Positions 1 to 9,618 of a stretch of 64,000 nucleotides of DNA are shown here, piece after piece. The first letter of the stretch is position 1; every line of letters starts with the position of its first letter. Origin of the DNA: a virus (taxonomy: Duplodnaviria; Caudoviricetes); the IMG/VR virus record IMGVR_UViG_3300011442_000010, positions 5,948 through 69,947 of that record. One strand, written 5' to 3'. Both the position numbers and the translations under genes were made by a program. The notes under the pieces were generated by a model. That model was not told the origin of the DNA and did not search any database. It saw only the letters and a program-made list of their open reading frames with translations.

Positions 1-149
1 TCTTCAACATGCTTCGCTCCAACGGGGTAAGGGAGGTCTACTTCAACGTAGACTCCGAGGGAATGGAAGACTGGATTGCCATTCTGGAAAAACTCGGTGC
101 AGAAAAAACCACCCTCAAACCCCAATATCGTTTTAAGGTAAATCTGTGA
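1..149 (+). CDS. 3' end of a putative virion protein (position of T7 gp13-like/GNAT-like internal protein); partial
   Basis: Open frame from base 3 (FNMLRSNGVREVYFNVDSEGMEDWIAILEKLGAEKTTLKPQYRFKVNL*) ending TGA 147-149, overlapping the GTG of the next gene; function inferred from position only. Confidence 0.5.
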   Translation, partial: FNMLRSNGVREVYFNVDSEGMEDWIAILEKLGAEKTTLKPQYRFKVNL

Positions 150-847
150 GCAAAAAAACAACCAGCTCTACTCAAGGAACCCAATCCACCGCGTTTCAAT
201 TCGACCCCGGAAGTATGGCGCAGTATCAGCAAAATCTCGCAGCCTGGGGGCCACAAGCCCGCGCGTTTGCCACCAACCCCTACGGCAATCAACAGTTCCA
301 GGAAGAAAGCGCAATGGGCCAAGACAACGCTGCGAGGATGGGATCGCGCAATATGGCCAACCTTCGCGGCAACGCCGCTGCGATGGGATACTCTACTAAT
401 GGGGGGATGTTTAATTCCCTCCTGGCCCAAAGCGGTCGAGCTACCTCCGGAATGCAGGCTAATGCCTTCCGCGGAGCAGTTGGAAGCGCCAACCAACGCC
501 AAATGCAAAGCATGGGGATGTTGGCGAGCTTCCAACCTCTCATGACCGGAAGCAACTCCAACTTCTCCCAGAACTCCCAACAGCAGCAGAGTGGATTGGG
601 GACGTGGTTACCGCAGCTTATTGGAGCGGGTGTAGGTGCAGGTGTTAGCGCCTTTACCGGCGGAGGGGGAATGACTCCCTCTTCTGGCGCATCTAGCAGC
701 GGTTCAGGAGTAGGCGCTACCGGCTCTGGAATGGGTGGAATCACCGGAGGCATCGGAAACGTCTTTGGAGGAATGTCTCCCAGCGGCTATGGTTACGGAA
801 GCAGCGGAGGCCCACCGCCGCCACCTCCGGGAATGTGGGGAGCATAA
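146..847 (+). CDS. Gly/Ser/Gln-rich putative internal virion (ejection/pilot) protein, T7 gp14-like position
   Basis: 233 aa, GTG start with TAAGGT upstream, low-complexity Q/N/G/S/M composition, hydrophobic GAGVGAGVSAF segment; first of three coupled ORFs of increasing size. Confidence 0.6.
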   Translation: MSKKTTSSTQGTQSTAFQFDPGSMAQYQQNLAAWGPQARAFATNPYGNQQFQEESAMGQDNAARMGSRNMANLRGNAAAMGYSTNGGMFNSLLAQSGRATSGMQANAFRGAVGSANQRQMQSMGMLASFQPLMTGSNSNFSQNSQQQQSGLGTWLPQLIGAGVGAGVSAFTGGGGMTPSSGASSSGSGVGATGSGMGGITGGIGNVFGGMSPSGYGYGSSGGPPPPPPGMWGA

Positions 848-850
848 TCT

Positions 851-2224
851 ATGTTCGATAACGAATACGAATTCTCCCAGCAAACTTCCCAAGCTCCCAA
901 CCTGAACGATCTCGTCTATCGTCAGGGAATGGGCCAAGCCGGGGCGATCCCCAACTACACCACCGACATGGCGCAGATGCAGTATCTCCGCAACTCCATG
1001 CCAGCCAATCCAGGGAGCTACGCCCAGAACTACGAACAACATAGAGCAATACGTGGAGGCCTAATCGGCCCAGGAATCACCCCCCACAACTCCCTCCCTC
1101 GTGGTGGTCGTGGAGGCATGGTTGCCAACGGTCTTATGGGCTTCCCCCAACTCGGTGGGGGCATGGACTCCAGTAGTGTGCAAAGTAATGCTCCTGCCAA
1201 CGCTGCACTTGCGCCTTACGGGCTTCAGCTCCCCACCCATACAAACCCGTTTTTATTCTTTAACGACCAGCAGAAGGATGGATCCCCCACCTGGGCAGGG
1301 AATCATCCCAAAGTAGCGAAGGCCATTGAAGGCGCGATGATTGGAGCCACCACTCCCGGCGGAGAGACGATTGGAGAGAACATCTCCAACGTCGCGAGAA
1401 CCGTCCTGGGCATCCCCGGGATGTACCGCGATAACCAAGCCCAGCAGATGATGGCTCCCTTCGGCATGGCTCAGCAGATTGGGAAGCTTCAGGATGATAC
1501 CATCAATCGGGGTTACAAGTTAGCCGAGGCCTTCCATGCTTATGCCACCGGCAAAGCCATGCTCAACAAACCCCAGAAGGTCTATGGAACTCAAGTCTAC
1601 AGCGACGAACAAGGCCACTACAACATTGACGAAGCCACTGGGAAGAAGAACTATATCGACAACACCCCAGGGCTCACTCCCGGAACCACCAAGGTAGGTT
1701 CTCCCACCAAGCCTGGAGCTGGCCCTGGGATGTACCCCAAAGGCCTCTCTACCCTGCCGCAGAAACAGGCCTACGACGACTATCGCCAACGCGGGGACTT
1801 CGATCCAGATCATCTCCCCAACGACTGGAACTCCCTCATAGACAAACACACCTCCCGCAACGCCATACTCTCCGGCGGAGGCCATACCGCAGGCAGCAAG
1901 AGCGTGGGTCAGGGAGAATACGGCGACATCCCCCAGGAGCAACGAGAGAAGCTCGATGCCCTTAAACAAGGTGCCGCTAACGCCCGCTCTCGCGCAAAGG
2001 AAAACCTCAAAGCCAGTGACTTCGCGAATTCTCCAGACCCCCTCGCAGCTCGCAACGCCGAAAAGCAGAAGAGAGACTCCGAGGCGCAATCGGCTGAAAA
2101 GGCATATCAAGATGCTGTTGGAAGCCTTCCTTCAAGTAGAACCACCAAACAGCAGCAACCCAGCTCCCCCAAAGGACTAACCATCCACCCTGACGGTAGA
2201 ATCGAACTCCCTCCACCTAGATAA
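851..2224 (+). CDS. Putative internal virion/ejection protein (gp15-like position)
   Basis: 457 aa, tightly packed between the 233 aa and 1485 aa ORFs; Gly/Ala/Gln-rich; no catalytic motif recognised. Confidence 0.55.
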   Translation: MFDNEYEFSQQTSQAPNLNDLVYRQGMGQAGAIPNYTTDMAQMQYLRNSMPANPGSYAQNYEQHRAIRGGLIGPGITPHNSLPRGGRGGMVANGLMGFPQLGGGMDSSSVQSNAPANAALAPYGLQLPTHTNPFLFFNDQQKDGSPTWAGNHPKVAKAIEGAMIGATTPGGETIGENISNVARTVLGIPGMYRDNQAQQMMAPFGMAQQIGKLQDDTINRGYKLAEAFHAYATGKAMLNKPQKVYGTQVYSDEQGHYNIDEATGKKNYIDNTPGLTPGTTKVGSPTKPGAGPGMYPKGLSTLPQKQAYDDYRQRGDFDPDHLPNDWNSLIDKHTSRNAILSGGGHTAGSKSVGQGEYGDIPQEQREKLDALKQGAANARSRAKENLKASDFANSPDPLAARNAEKQKRDSEAQSAEKAYQDAVGSLPSSRTTKQQQPSSPKGLTIHPDGRIELPPPR

Positions 2225-5200
2225 TGGCAGATAACTCCACTAATCCATTTAGCAGCTACTCCCTCGACGAGCAAAACCAATACGCCGATCAGCTCCGCGG
2301 AGCTATGGCGAGCGGGAAGCTCAACCCCGCGCAGACGCAGGGGGTGCAGAGTGCTCTGAAGTATCTCCCTATGAGTAAAGCCGCGGCGGATCAAAATCTC
2401 TCCAACCTCGCGACGCATGGGCAGGGAACGTGGCAACCAACGCTCACTCCCAAGTATAATCCCTCTCCCGAAGGCGCACGTCAGGCCATCATAGCCCAAT
2501 ACATGAACCAACCTCAAGCTGGGCCGGAGTTTGAGGGAAGCTCGGGAGAAATGCTGCTTCACGGTCTCGGGGAGATGCACAAGCCCATCGGTGATCTCGG
2601 AGCCTCCACTGCTGAAACTCTGCTTCGCACGCAACAACGTGGAGATCAGATAGATCCAAGGGCGGTTGGCGTCGCTCGTGGGGTTGGCCGCTTTGCCGGA
2701 GAGTTTGCTGGAGACCCCACCAACCTTGCTCTCGCAAGCATGGGCACCGCTGGCAAACTCGGCCAAGCCGCTATGGGATTAGGTTTCGGAGTCCAGATGG
2801 GCAAAGGAGCCTATGAACAAGCAGGAGATGTTGGCTCGCGCTGGGATACCATGACTCCCTCTGAGAAGGCAGAAGGCGTAACCTCCCTCGGCCTAACCAC
2901 CGCTATGGCGGGTATGTCCAGCGCGCATGGGGTATCTAGCCTCCGCACCCCCGCTCCTAAACCTAGCTATCGTGCTCCGGAACCAACCCCAGTCGAACCC
3001 CTTAAGACGGAACCCCTCGACGAAGAGCTCCGCCGTGGTGGCCCTGGCTCTCCCCCTCCCACCACCCCAGACACCACCCAAACCTTCATCCGCCCCTCGC
3101 GTATGGGAACCCCCCAAGGTATCTCAGATATGCTCTCCTCCGCGAAGTCCGGCCAGAGTTCCGAAACCACCGCCAGAGTGGAGCAGCACAAGATGGAGAA
3201 GAAGGCGATTGGGGAGGAAGTACAAGCTCCCGTTCCTTCTACTCCCCAACCCCCTCCCAAAGATAACTCCACCTTCTCCCAAGCCAAGGAAGAGTGGCTG
3301 AAGTCCAATCCCGGTGCAGATGTAACCAACGCATCCGCTATGAGCTGGATCGCCCGAAGAGCTCAGGAGCTTAAAACGGGAGTAGCGGATAAAACTATTC
3401 AGCCTCTCGCATCCCCCCAACCCGACACCGGAAGCAAATGGAAGAGCATCCAGCAGCAGATAGAAGCGGGAGAGACTCCCAAGGGAGCAGGTTCGCCTCC
3501 ACTTCAACGCCCACCCGCTCAACCCATTGACTTAAGCGGTATGTCCCACGACGAACGCCACGAGTGGTTTAACAAGAACGCCCCGGTTACTCTTACAGGC
3601 TCCACGCTGGAGGAAGCCAGAGCCACCGCCAAAACCATCTTCGGCGATGAGGCAGATAACCTAAAAATCACCCCCTACCTCGACAAGGACAGCAAACTCC
3701 GTTATGGCTCACTCTATCCGGTTGCAGAGAATAAAACCTCGCTCCCTTCGCAAAGCGAAACAGCCAGTGCTAAGAAACCCCCTGCGTCGGCCCAAGCCTC
3801 CGGAGCGCCCGCCTACGTTGGAAACCCTGAGACCCAAGCGTTAGAGCAGAAGCTCCTGAAGGCCGGTGCTGGTCAGCAGATGTTGGACACCCTTCAGAAG
3901 GCCGCGAAGGACTCCGCCCCCGACGGGACTCCTCCGGAGAGTATCCAAAAAGTCTACCATCGCTCCCTCGATGCCCTATCCCGTGGTCTCGAAACCGGAG
4001 ACTCCAAACTCATGCGGAAGGCGTTCGACATAGCCAACCGAAGGCTGGAGGCTGGTCGCTTCACTCCCGCTGGTCGACCAGCGATGTCTCCCGCGCAGTC
4101 TAAGGTCTTCGAGGAATTCCACGTTACGAAGATGTTGGATAAGTGGGAGAGCTTCACCGACGAGCAGCTTAAATCTCGCGATGTGAGAAAGAAGCTAACC
4201 TCAGATGAGTTCTCCAACTCCGTAGCTGCTACCTCCAACCCCGCGTTGGAGATGCGGCATAATGCCCTGCTGGAGCGTGTGGGTCACCTTGGAGCAGACC
4301 CCATCGCAGCCTTGGGGCGTCTCTTCGGAGGCCAGCATCTCTCCGCCGGGGACATCTCCCGAGGTGTCCTTCGCGAGTCTCTTGCCACCGCAGCTCGCAG
4401 TAAAGACATGAACGCCCATGCGCTGGATACCTATATCCAACAATGGAATTCCCGTCCGGTTCACGAGACCGTTAGCTTCATCGACTCCATAGAAACCGGA
4501 AACATCGGAAGCATCCCAGATCCTCAAGACCGCATGGTAGCCCAACGCCTTCGCGATATGCTCGACGCCAAGCGCGATCAGATCAACTCCCTAGGCACCG
4601 GGAAGTTCGACACCTTCATAGAAAACTACTTCCCTCACCTGTGGAAGTTCGGCGTAACCGACATCGCCCGGCAAACCCTCCAAGGTCGTCGCCCCTTGGC
4701 AGGGGGTGCTGGATTCCTCAAACCTCGCACCTACACCTCCTTCGCAGAAGGCATTGCCAACGGCCTAGAGCCCGTCACCTACAACCCCGTGCAGATGGCT
4801 TTGCTCAAGCTCCACGAGATGGATCGCTACCTCGCTGCTCACACCGCGTTTGAGGAGTTGAAGACTCGCGGCTTGGCTGCACCCTTTATCCCCAAGGATG
4901 TCCCAGACGGCTGGGTGAAACTCAACGATCAGATGTTCCGCGCAGGAGAGCAGAGCTACTACGCCCCCGCCGACGCCGCTCGTCCAATCAACAACCACCT
5001 CTCCCCTGGGCTTCGCGGCAACGCCTTGTTCAACTCTGTCACCGCCTACAACAACCTCCTCAACCAATTCAATCTCGGCTTCTCGGTATTCCACGGCACC
5101 GAAACCGCCATCAACTCCATCGCGAGTGAGATGGGATTGGGGTTGCAGAAGCTGTCGAGGGGGGACATAAAGGGCGTAGCAAACATCGGGAAGTCCGTCG

Positions 5201-6681
5201 TAGCTCCCGCTCAACTTCTCCGCACTTACCTTCTAGGCACCCATGTGATGAGGGAGTATTTGGAGCCTGGCCGTTATGCTCAGCTCTCCTCTGTAGTGGA
5301 TGCTCTCCAATCCTCTGGTGGCCGCATCGCTATGCCTCCGGAGTTTAAAAACGCCGCGGTGGAAGCATGGGCGAATGCCTTTAAGGAATACAACTCCGCG
5401 AAGGGGTTCCAGAATATTCCGGCGTTTGGGAAGATGCAGGTGAAGAAACTCGGGGCTATTATGGAAGCTCTTTCTTCTCCTCTGATGGAGAAGTTTGTTC
5501 CCCGAATCAAACTCGGAACCTTCGCAAGGGAAGCCCAGGATATTCTCGACCGCCTGCCTCCCAACACTCCCAAGGAAGTTATGAGAGCCGAACTCGGGAA
5601 AGCCTGGGACAGCATCGACAACCGTTTCGGCCAGGTAGTCTACGATAATCTCTTCTGGAACCGCACCGCGAAGGACATCGCCCATATCGCTATTCGCTCC
5701 GTGGGCTGGAACCTCGGAACCCTTCGCGAGATCGGAGGAGGCGTTCTGAATGTCCGGGATCTTCAACAACCCCTCTCCGGAAAAGGTTTCACCACCAAGC
5801 AAGCCTACATCCTCGCGCTTGGAACCATGACTTTGGGAATGGGAGCGGTCATAAACGCCGCCTACAACCAAAAGCCCCAATCCCTAACCGACTACATCTA
5901 CCCCAAAACCGGCAAGATCGGCCCAGACGGCGAACCCGAGCGCATCATGCTCAAGACCTATATCCATGACTCCCTGGCATTTGGTCACTCCCCTGGCCAA
6001 ACTGCGGTGAATAAACTCTCCCCCGCGTGGAACCAACTCGCGAATCTCTACTCAAACTCCGACTACTATGGGACTCGTATCCATCCCATCCACTCCTCTA
6101 CCTCTGCGGCGTTGAGTGACTCCCAAACCTACACTTCCACCGCGAGCTACCTAGGGAAGTCTGCTCTCCCTTTCTCCCTGGAAAACTACAACCAACGCCG
6201 ACTCTCCGGGGAGAGCATCCTCTCCTCCCTCTCCAGCTCCGCCGCGATTCTCCCCGCTCCCAAGTGGGCCGGACAAACCCCCGCGGCGTCCATGGCATAT
6301 GAATTCTACAAAACCAAACTCTCCCGAGGCCCGAACGACCCGGACGTAACCGCCCGCCTCCAACGCTACCACCAACTCGCGAGTGGCTACGCCGCGAACC
6401 AATTCTCCGTCGCCGACATCACCAAAGCCTACAAAAACAAAGAGATCACCACTAAGCAGTTTGACGGTATCCTCGACGAGAGCGATGGGAAGCTCACCCC
6501 TCTCCAACGCCATTCCAAGCAACTCTCCCCTGTGGAGCTTCTTCAAGTTTGGCATCTCGCCTCCCCGGAAGAACGCCAATCCCTCCAGGAAATGTTCCTC
6601 CACAAATGGGATACCATCACCGACGACCCGGATCTCTCCAACAAATTCAACTCCGCATGGAAGGCCTCACGCCAACGATGA
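2224..6681 (+). CDS. Large putative DNA-ejection protein (gp16-like / large polyvalent protein)
   Basis: 1485 aa, start overlaps previous stop; Pro-rich linker then helical region with FLKPRTY motif reminiscent of large polyvalent virion proteins. Confidence 0.6.
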   Translation: MADNSTNPFSSYSLDEQNQYADQLRGAMASGKLNPAQTQGVQSALKYLPMSKAAADQNLSNLATHGQGTWQPTLTPKYNPSPEGARQAIIAQYMNQPQAGPEFEGSSGEMLLHGLGEMHKPIGDLGASTAETLLRTQQRGDQIDPRAVGVARGVGRFAGEFAGDPTNLALASMGTAGKLGQAAMGLGFGVQMGKGAYEQAGDVGSRWDTMTPSEKAEGVTSLGLTTAMAGMSSAHGVSSLRTPAPKPSYRAPEPTPVEPLKTEPLDEELRRGGPGSPPPTTPDTTQTFIRPSRMGTPQGISDMLSSAKSGQSSETTARVEQHKMEKKAIGEEVQAPVPSTPQPPPKDNSTFSQAKEEWLKSNPGADVTNASAMSWIARRAQELKTGVADKTIQPLASPQPDTGSKWKSIQQQIEAGETPKGAGSPPLQRPPAQPIDLSGMSHDERHEWFNKNAPVTLTGSTLEEARATAKTIFGDEADNLKITPYLDKDSKLRYGSLYPVAENKTSLPSQSETASAKKPPASAQASGAPAYVGNPETQALEQKLLKAGAGQQMLDTLQKAAKDSAPDGTPPESIQKVYHRSLDALSRGLETGDSKLMRKAFDIANRRLEAGRFTPAGRPAMSPAQSKVFEEFHVTKMLDKWESFTDEQLKSRDVRKKLTSDEFSNSVAATSNPALEMRHNALLERVGHLGADPIAALGRLFGGQHLSAGDISRGVLRESLATAARSKDMNAHALDTYIQQWNSRPVHETVSFIDSIETGNIGSIPDPQDRMVAQRLRDMLDAKRDQINSLGTGKFDTFIENYFPHLWKFGVTDIARQTLQGRRPLAGGAGFLKPRTYTSFAEGIANGLEPVTYNPVQMALLKLHEMDRYLAAHTAFEELKTRGLAAPFIPKDVPDGWVKLNDQMFRAGEQSYYAPADAARPINNHLSPGLRGNALFNSVTAYNNLLNQFNLGFSVFHGTETAINSIASEMGLGLQKLSRGDIKGVANIGKSVVAPAQLLRTYLLGTHVMREYLEPGRYAQLSSVVDALQSSGGRIAMPPEFKNAAVEAWANAFKEYNSAKGFQNIPAFGKMQVKKLGAIMEALSSPLMEKFVPRIKLGTFAREAQDILDRLPPNTPKEVMRAELGKAWDSIDNRFGQVVYDNLFWNRTAKDIAHIAIRSVGWNLGTLREIGGGVLNVRDLQQPLSGKGFTTKQAYILALGTMTLGMGAVINAAYNQKPQSLTDYIYPKTGKIGPDGEPERIMLKTYIHDSLAFGHSPGQTAVNKLSPAWNQLANLYSNSDYYGTRIHPIHSSTSAALSDSQTYTSTASYLGKSALPFSLENYNQRRLSGESILSSLSSSAAILPAPKWAGQTPAASMAYEFYKTKLSRGPNDPDVTARLQRYHQLASGYAANQFSVADITKAYKNKEITTKQFDGILDESDGKLTPLQRHSKQLSPVELLQVWHLASPEERQSLQEMFLHKWDTITDDPDLSNKFNSAWKASRQR

Positions 6682-7535
6682 AAATCCTCGACGCATATCT
6701 CCTCTATCGCAAAAGCTGCATCAACACCCTCGCGAAGGGAACCATCGCACGCTATACAGAGACGATGGATGAGTTTCTATCTCGCTTCAAAGACAAGAAA
6801 CTGGTAGAAGACTTCCACCGCTGGGATATAGAAGATTTCAAAGAAGCCCGGATCGCAGAGGGCTACTCCGCCGCCACCGTCAATCGCGAACTCCAAACCC
6901 TCCGAACTTGGTGGAATTGGATGCTCGCACGCGAGTATGCGGTGTATAATCCCGTAAAGAAGGTTCCGCTGTGTAAGGAAACTCCTCTAGGGGTGAGGAA
7001 GCTTACGCTGGAAGAACAGGCTACTCTCCTCCAAGCCTGCCGAACCACTCGGGAGAAACTTATCTTCCTCCTCCCCCTCACCACCGGGGTTCGCCCAATC
7101 GAGTGTGAGAGGCTGAAGTGGAGTCATGTGGAGTGGGAGAACCGCCTGCTCAACGTGGATTCCTCCGTCACCAAGGATCTCAAACCCCGCTTTCTCCCTC
7201 TACGCGATGACGTGTTGGAGCTCCTTCGCGAACACCAGAAGACCGCTACCAACGAGTTCATCTTCGCCGGGATCGAAGACAAAACCATCTCCTCTCGGTT
7301 CCGGGACATTACCATCCGCGCGGGACTCCCTAGCTCTGGACTCCATCTCCTCCGCCACACCTTCGCCACCCAGCTTCTCCGCTCTGGGGTAGATGTCTAT
7401 ACCATCAAATCCATGCTTGGGCACGGGCAGATCTCCACCACCTGTAAGTTTCTCGACGCTGCTGGGCCGGAAGAGGTTAGGGAGAGACTCGATATATTCC
7501 CTATGAGTAGGCGAGATTCTCCCACAGTTACCTAG
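6678..7535 (+). CDS. int: Tyrosine recombinase/integrase-family protein, catalytic Tyr replaced by Phe
   Basis: True start ATG 6678 (ATGA overlap with 6681 stop), 285 aa; TGVRPIE (Arg I), TKDLKPR (Lys), HLLRH, LGH; LGHGQISTTCKF has F at H+9 where the Tyr nucleophile lies. Confidence 0.9.
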   Translation: MKILDAYLLYRKSCINTLAKGTIARYTETMDEFLSRFKDKKLVEDFHRWDIEDFKEARIAEGYSAATVNRELQTLRTWWNWMLAREYAVYNPVKKVPLCKETPLGVRKLTLEEQATLLQACRTTREKLIFLLPLTTGVRPIECERLKWSHVEWENRLLNVDSSVTKDLKPRFLPLRDDVLELLREHQKTATNEFIFAGIEDKTISSRFRDITIRAGLPSSGLHLLRHTFATQLLRSGVDVYTIKSMLGHGQISTTCKFLDAAGPEEVRERLDIFPMSRRDSPTVT

Positions 7536-7550
7536 CTTCCTTGCATAGAC

Positions 7551-7596
7551 AAAAAATTACCCCCTAGGATGTCCAGTCCTAGGGGGTTTTTAGTTT
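7551..7596. terminator. Bidirectional intrinsic terminator between convergent late and early units
   Basis: AAAAAA-tt-ACCCCCTAGGA-tgtccag-TCCTAGGGGGT-TTTTAGTTT: 11-bp stem with T run on the right and A run on the left. Confidence 0.85.
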
Positions 7597-7612
7597 AGGG
7601 AGTAGCTAGAGG

Positions 7613-8020
7613 TTAACTTGCTTTCCTCGCTCGTATAATCCTCATCGCAGCTTCGTACTCCGAGACTGAGGGTTGTTGTGGCTTCCCGGCCGCGGCTTGA
7701 GCGATCTCCGCCTCCTCCGCCAAGTCCTGTCCGAGTGTGCGAGAAGGGTTCTCTTCGAGGATATCCATCTCTTCCAATGCCTTCTGGATAAACGGCACCT
7801 TGCTGAGAAGAATCTTCCAATCTTTCTTGTACATCGCAACCGGCCACCGTTCGTTTCCCACTCGTACCATCAGGGCACCCTTTCTGGTACGGAGGATACC
7901 TGCGCTTGCTTCCTCCAGTGCCCCGGCTTCTAACGCCTCCTGTACCTCACTCAACAACGCAGGATCACATCCCTGTGCTCTGAGTTTGCGGGTGATTTCA
8001 TCTATCCGTGTTACTGCCAT
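7613..8020 (-). CDS. Hypothetical protein, KGA..RWPV.MY...W family (paralogue of 50652-50939)
   Basis: Likely start ATG 8020 with GGAG SD (ORF track extends it to 8266); 135 aa. Confidence 0.7.
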   Translation of the reverse strand: MAVTRIDEITRKLRAQGCDPALLSEVQEALEAGALEEASAGILRTRKGALMVRVGNERWPVAMYKKDWKILLSKVPFIQKALEEMDILEENPSRTLGQDLAEEAEIAQAAAGKPQQPSVSEYEAAMRIIRARKAS

Positions 8021-8077
8021 ACTGATTCTCCATTTCTGCGCGTATGCGCGTATATTGGAAACGGGAAATTTTTCAAA

Positions 8078-8100
8078 AACCCGTTTGGAATCAGTGAGAT
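8078..8100 (-). promoter_or_regulatory. 23-bp pseudo-palindromic site, copy 1 of 7
   Basis: Minus strand ATCT-ca-CTGA-ttc-CAAA-cg-GGTT, matching consensus AAGT-N2-TTGA-N3-YAAA-N2-ACTT. Confidence 0.55.
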
Positions 8101-8156
8101 GCGGATTTTCGTCGGCGGGTTGCCCGGGATTTTTGCTATATACAAGGGCGGGAAGA

Positions 8157-8519
8157 TTAACCCTTATACCGATCATCGAACTCTGGTCGGTGGGTGAGAT
8201 ACCAATGAAGAAACATCGCGCAGCAGCTAAGGTGGAGGCTGTGGGGTTTGCCTGTCTCTGTATCAAAGTCTTCCCCCCGAGCTATAGCAAGCAGGTGTCT
8301 GAAGGCTGCCGCTATTACTCTGCTCCAATAGATCCCCTTCCTCCAGTTATGAGCGGCATACTTCTTAGCTCCGAAGGTGAGAATCTCTGCTACTCCGGTG
8401 ATCCAATCGCTATCAACCAGATCTAGCCTCGGCTTCTCCCCGTCCAGCTTCGTCCCTTCACTGAGTCCCGAAGTCGTTGGAGGTTGGGGCTTCACACCTA
8501 AGGCGGTAGAATCTTTCAA
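8157..8519 (-). CDS. dATP/dGTP diphosphohydrolase-like protein (DUF5664 type)
   Basis: GTKLDGEKPRLDLV...TFGAKKYAAHNWRKG...AAFRHL...DTETGKPHSLHLSCCAMFL signature; exact start uncertain. Confidence 0.85.
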   Translation of the reverse strand: MKDSTALGVKPQPPTTSGLSEGTKLDGEKPRLDLVDSDWITGVAEILTFGAKKYAAHNWRKGIYWSRVIAAAFRHLLAIARGEDFDTETGKPHSLHLSCCAMFLHWYLTHRPEFDDRYKG

Positions 8520-8991
8520 GGAAGTTCCTTTCTGCCTCTTTAGGAGACATGGTTAGCATACCGTAGCCGGTTCCGGTTGGCATGAGATAGTTTCGTTCAC
8601 GCTCGTAATCCGCTCGATCCCAGGCTTTGATCTGGGAGATGAGGGTGGAATCTAATCCAAAGCTATCAAACACCGCTTTGAGGATGTTCTGGCCACACTC
8701 TACGAAGAATGCCATTTGGGGATCATGCTTCACCGGAGCGGCGAGATCTACCAAGTAGGCCTCATCCGCATCGTGAAGCAGCCCCACCAACGCCAACTCC
8801 CTCGGGCAAGCAAAGCTCACCGCGAGGGAATGTTCGGCTACAGAGTAGAAGTCTTTCACATGGCCGGTGAAACGGCATTGGTTGCTTAGCGCATGGGCGA
8901 TGTCAATGATGTCTACATCCTCCGGTCGAGGGTCGAGTGGCCAGAACTTCTTTCCGGAGTAGCAGCGAATGTAGTTCTGGTCGGTTCTCAC
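8458..8991 (-). CDS. HD-domain phosphohydrolase (YfbR-like 5'-deoxynucleotidase family)
   Basis: DIAHALSNQCRFTGH...YSVAEHS...LLHDADEAY..D motif series. Confidence 0.85.
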   Translation of the reverse strand: MRTDQNYIRCYSGKKFWPLDPRPEDVDIIDIAHALSNQCRFTGHVKDFYSVAEHSLAVSFACPRELALVGLLHDADEAYLVDLAAPVKHDPQMAFFVECGQNILKAVFDSFGLDSTLISQIKAWDRADYERERNYLMPTGTGYGMLTMSPKEAERNFLERFYRLRCEAPTSNDFGTQ

Positions 8992-9130
8992 AAAGACTTC
9001 CGTTTCTTTTTAGGAGGCTTAACGTCTTCGTCATCTGAGCCTCCCCGTTTGAGTATAGCTTCTTCCGTATTATACCTGCTAGGGTATAGGTTATAATTTA
9101 TGGCAAAGTTAAGATCTTTAGAGTATTCGC

Positions 9131-9439
9131 TCACAATACCTCTCCGAATACCTCACCGTTTAGGTTCTTCTGCTTCTCATAAAACGGCTCAACTACCCGG
9201 CGGTGGAACTCGCTCTGCGCGTTGGCCAGTGCCCCCTCAAACGCCGCGGTGGAGTTGTAGTTTACTTCCTTGTAGGTGAGTTTGAGAACCCGCGCGACGA
9301 GTTTGAAAATGGCATATTGGACATTCCCCGCTACGCTATATTCCGCTACTCCCTCGCGGGAGTTTTTGGCGACTGCTTGGGCGAGAGCTTCGATTGATGC
9401 GTCGAGCTTCTGGCGGGTGGTGCTGTTGATATAACCCAT
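9131..9439 (-). CDS. Conserved phage protein (DUF6899-like)
   Basis: MGYI...GNVQYAI...EFHRRVVEPFYE....NGEV pattern. Confidence 0.6.
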   Translation of the reverse strand: MGYINSTTRQKLDASIEALAQAVAKNSREGVAEYSVAGNVQYAIFKLVARVLKLTYKEVNYNSTAAFEGALANAQSEFHRRVVEPFYEKQKNLNGEVFGEVL

Positions 9440-9618
9440 TATCTCGCTCCTCGAAGATCAAGCTCCAGACCAACTGCGTCTTGAACTTCTCGAAAGTCTT
9501 TCCGTTCCTGTTTAGACATTGCATGTTCCGCGTCGATGATGTGTTCGACTAAACCGCCGAGAGATTCAAAGCGGCTTAAACACACGAAGCAGAATAACCA
9601 CTTGTTACTTAGAGCCAT
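9439..9618 (-). CDS. Small C2H2 zinc-finger protein
   Basis: ATG 9618 with GGAGG SD; CFVCLSRFESLGGLVEHIIDAEH = C-x2-C-x3-F-x5-L-x2-H-x5-H. Confidence 0.7.
   Translation of the reverse strand: MALSNKWLFCFVCLSRFESLGGLVEHIIDAEHAMSKQERKDFREVQDAVGLELDLRGAR

Noticed and set aside
146-847. Prion-like Q/N/G low-complexity sequence as a special amyloid element
   Set aside because: Such composition is ordinary for podovirus ejection/pilot proteins at this position.
6549-6677. N-terminal extension of the recombinase in the ORF track
   Set aside because: It overlaps the ejection-protein gene; ATG 6678 with ATGA coupling is the credible start.
7536-7612. attP site or prophage boundary next to the recombinase
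   Set aside because: The 77-nt gap is taken up by a bidirectional terminator; no host genes, tRNA fragment or direct repeat is visible.
8157-8991. 2-aminoadenine (Z-genome) pathway
   Set aside because: Only the hydrolases are present; no PurZ/adenylosuccinate-synthetase-like gene is in the window.
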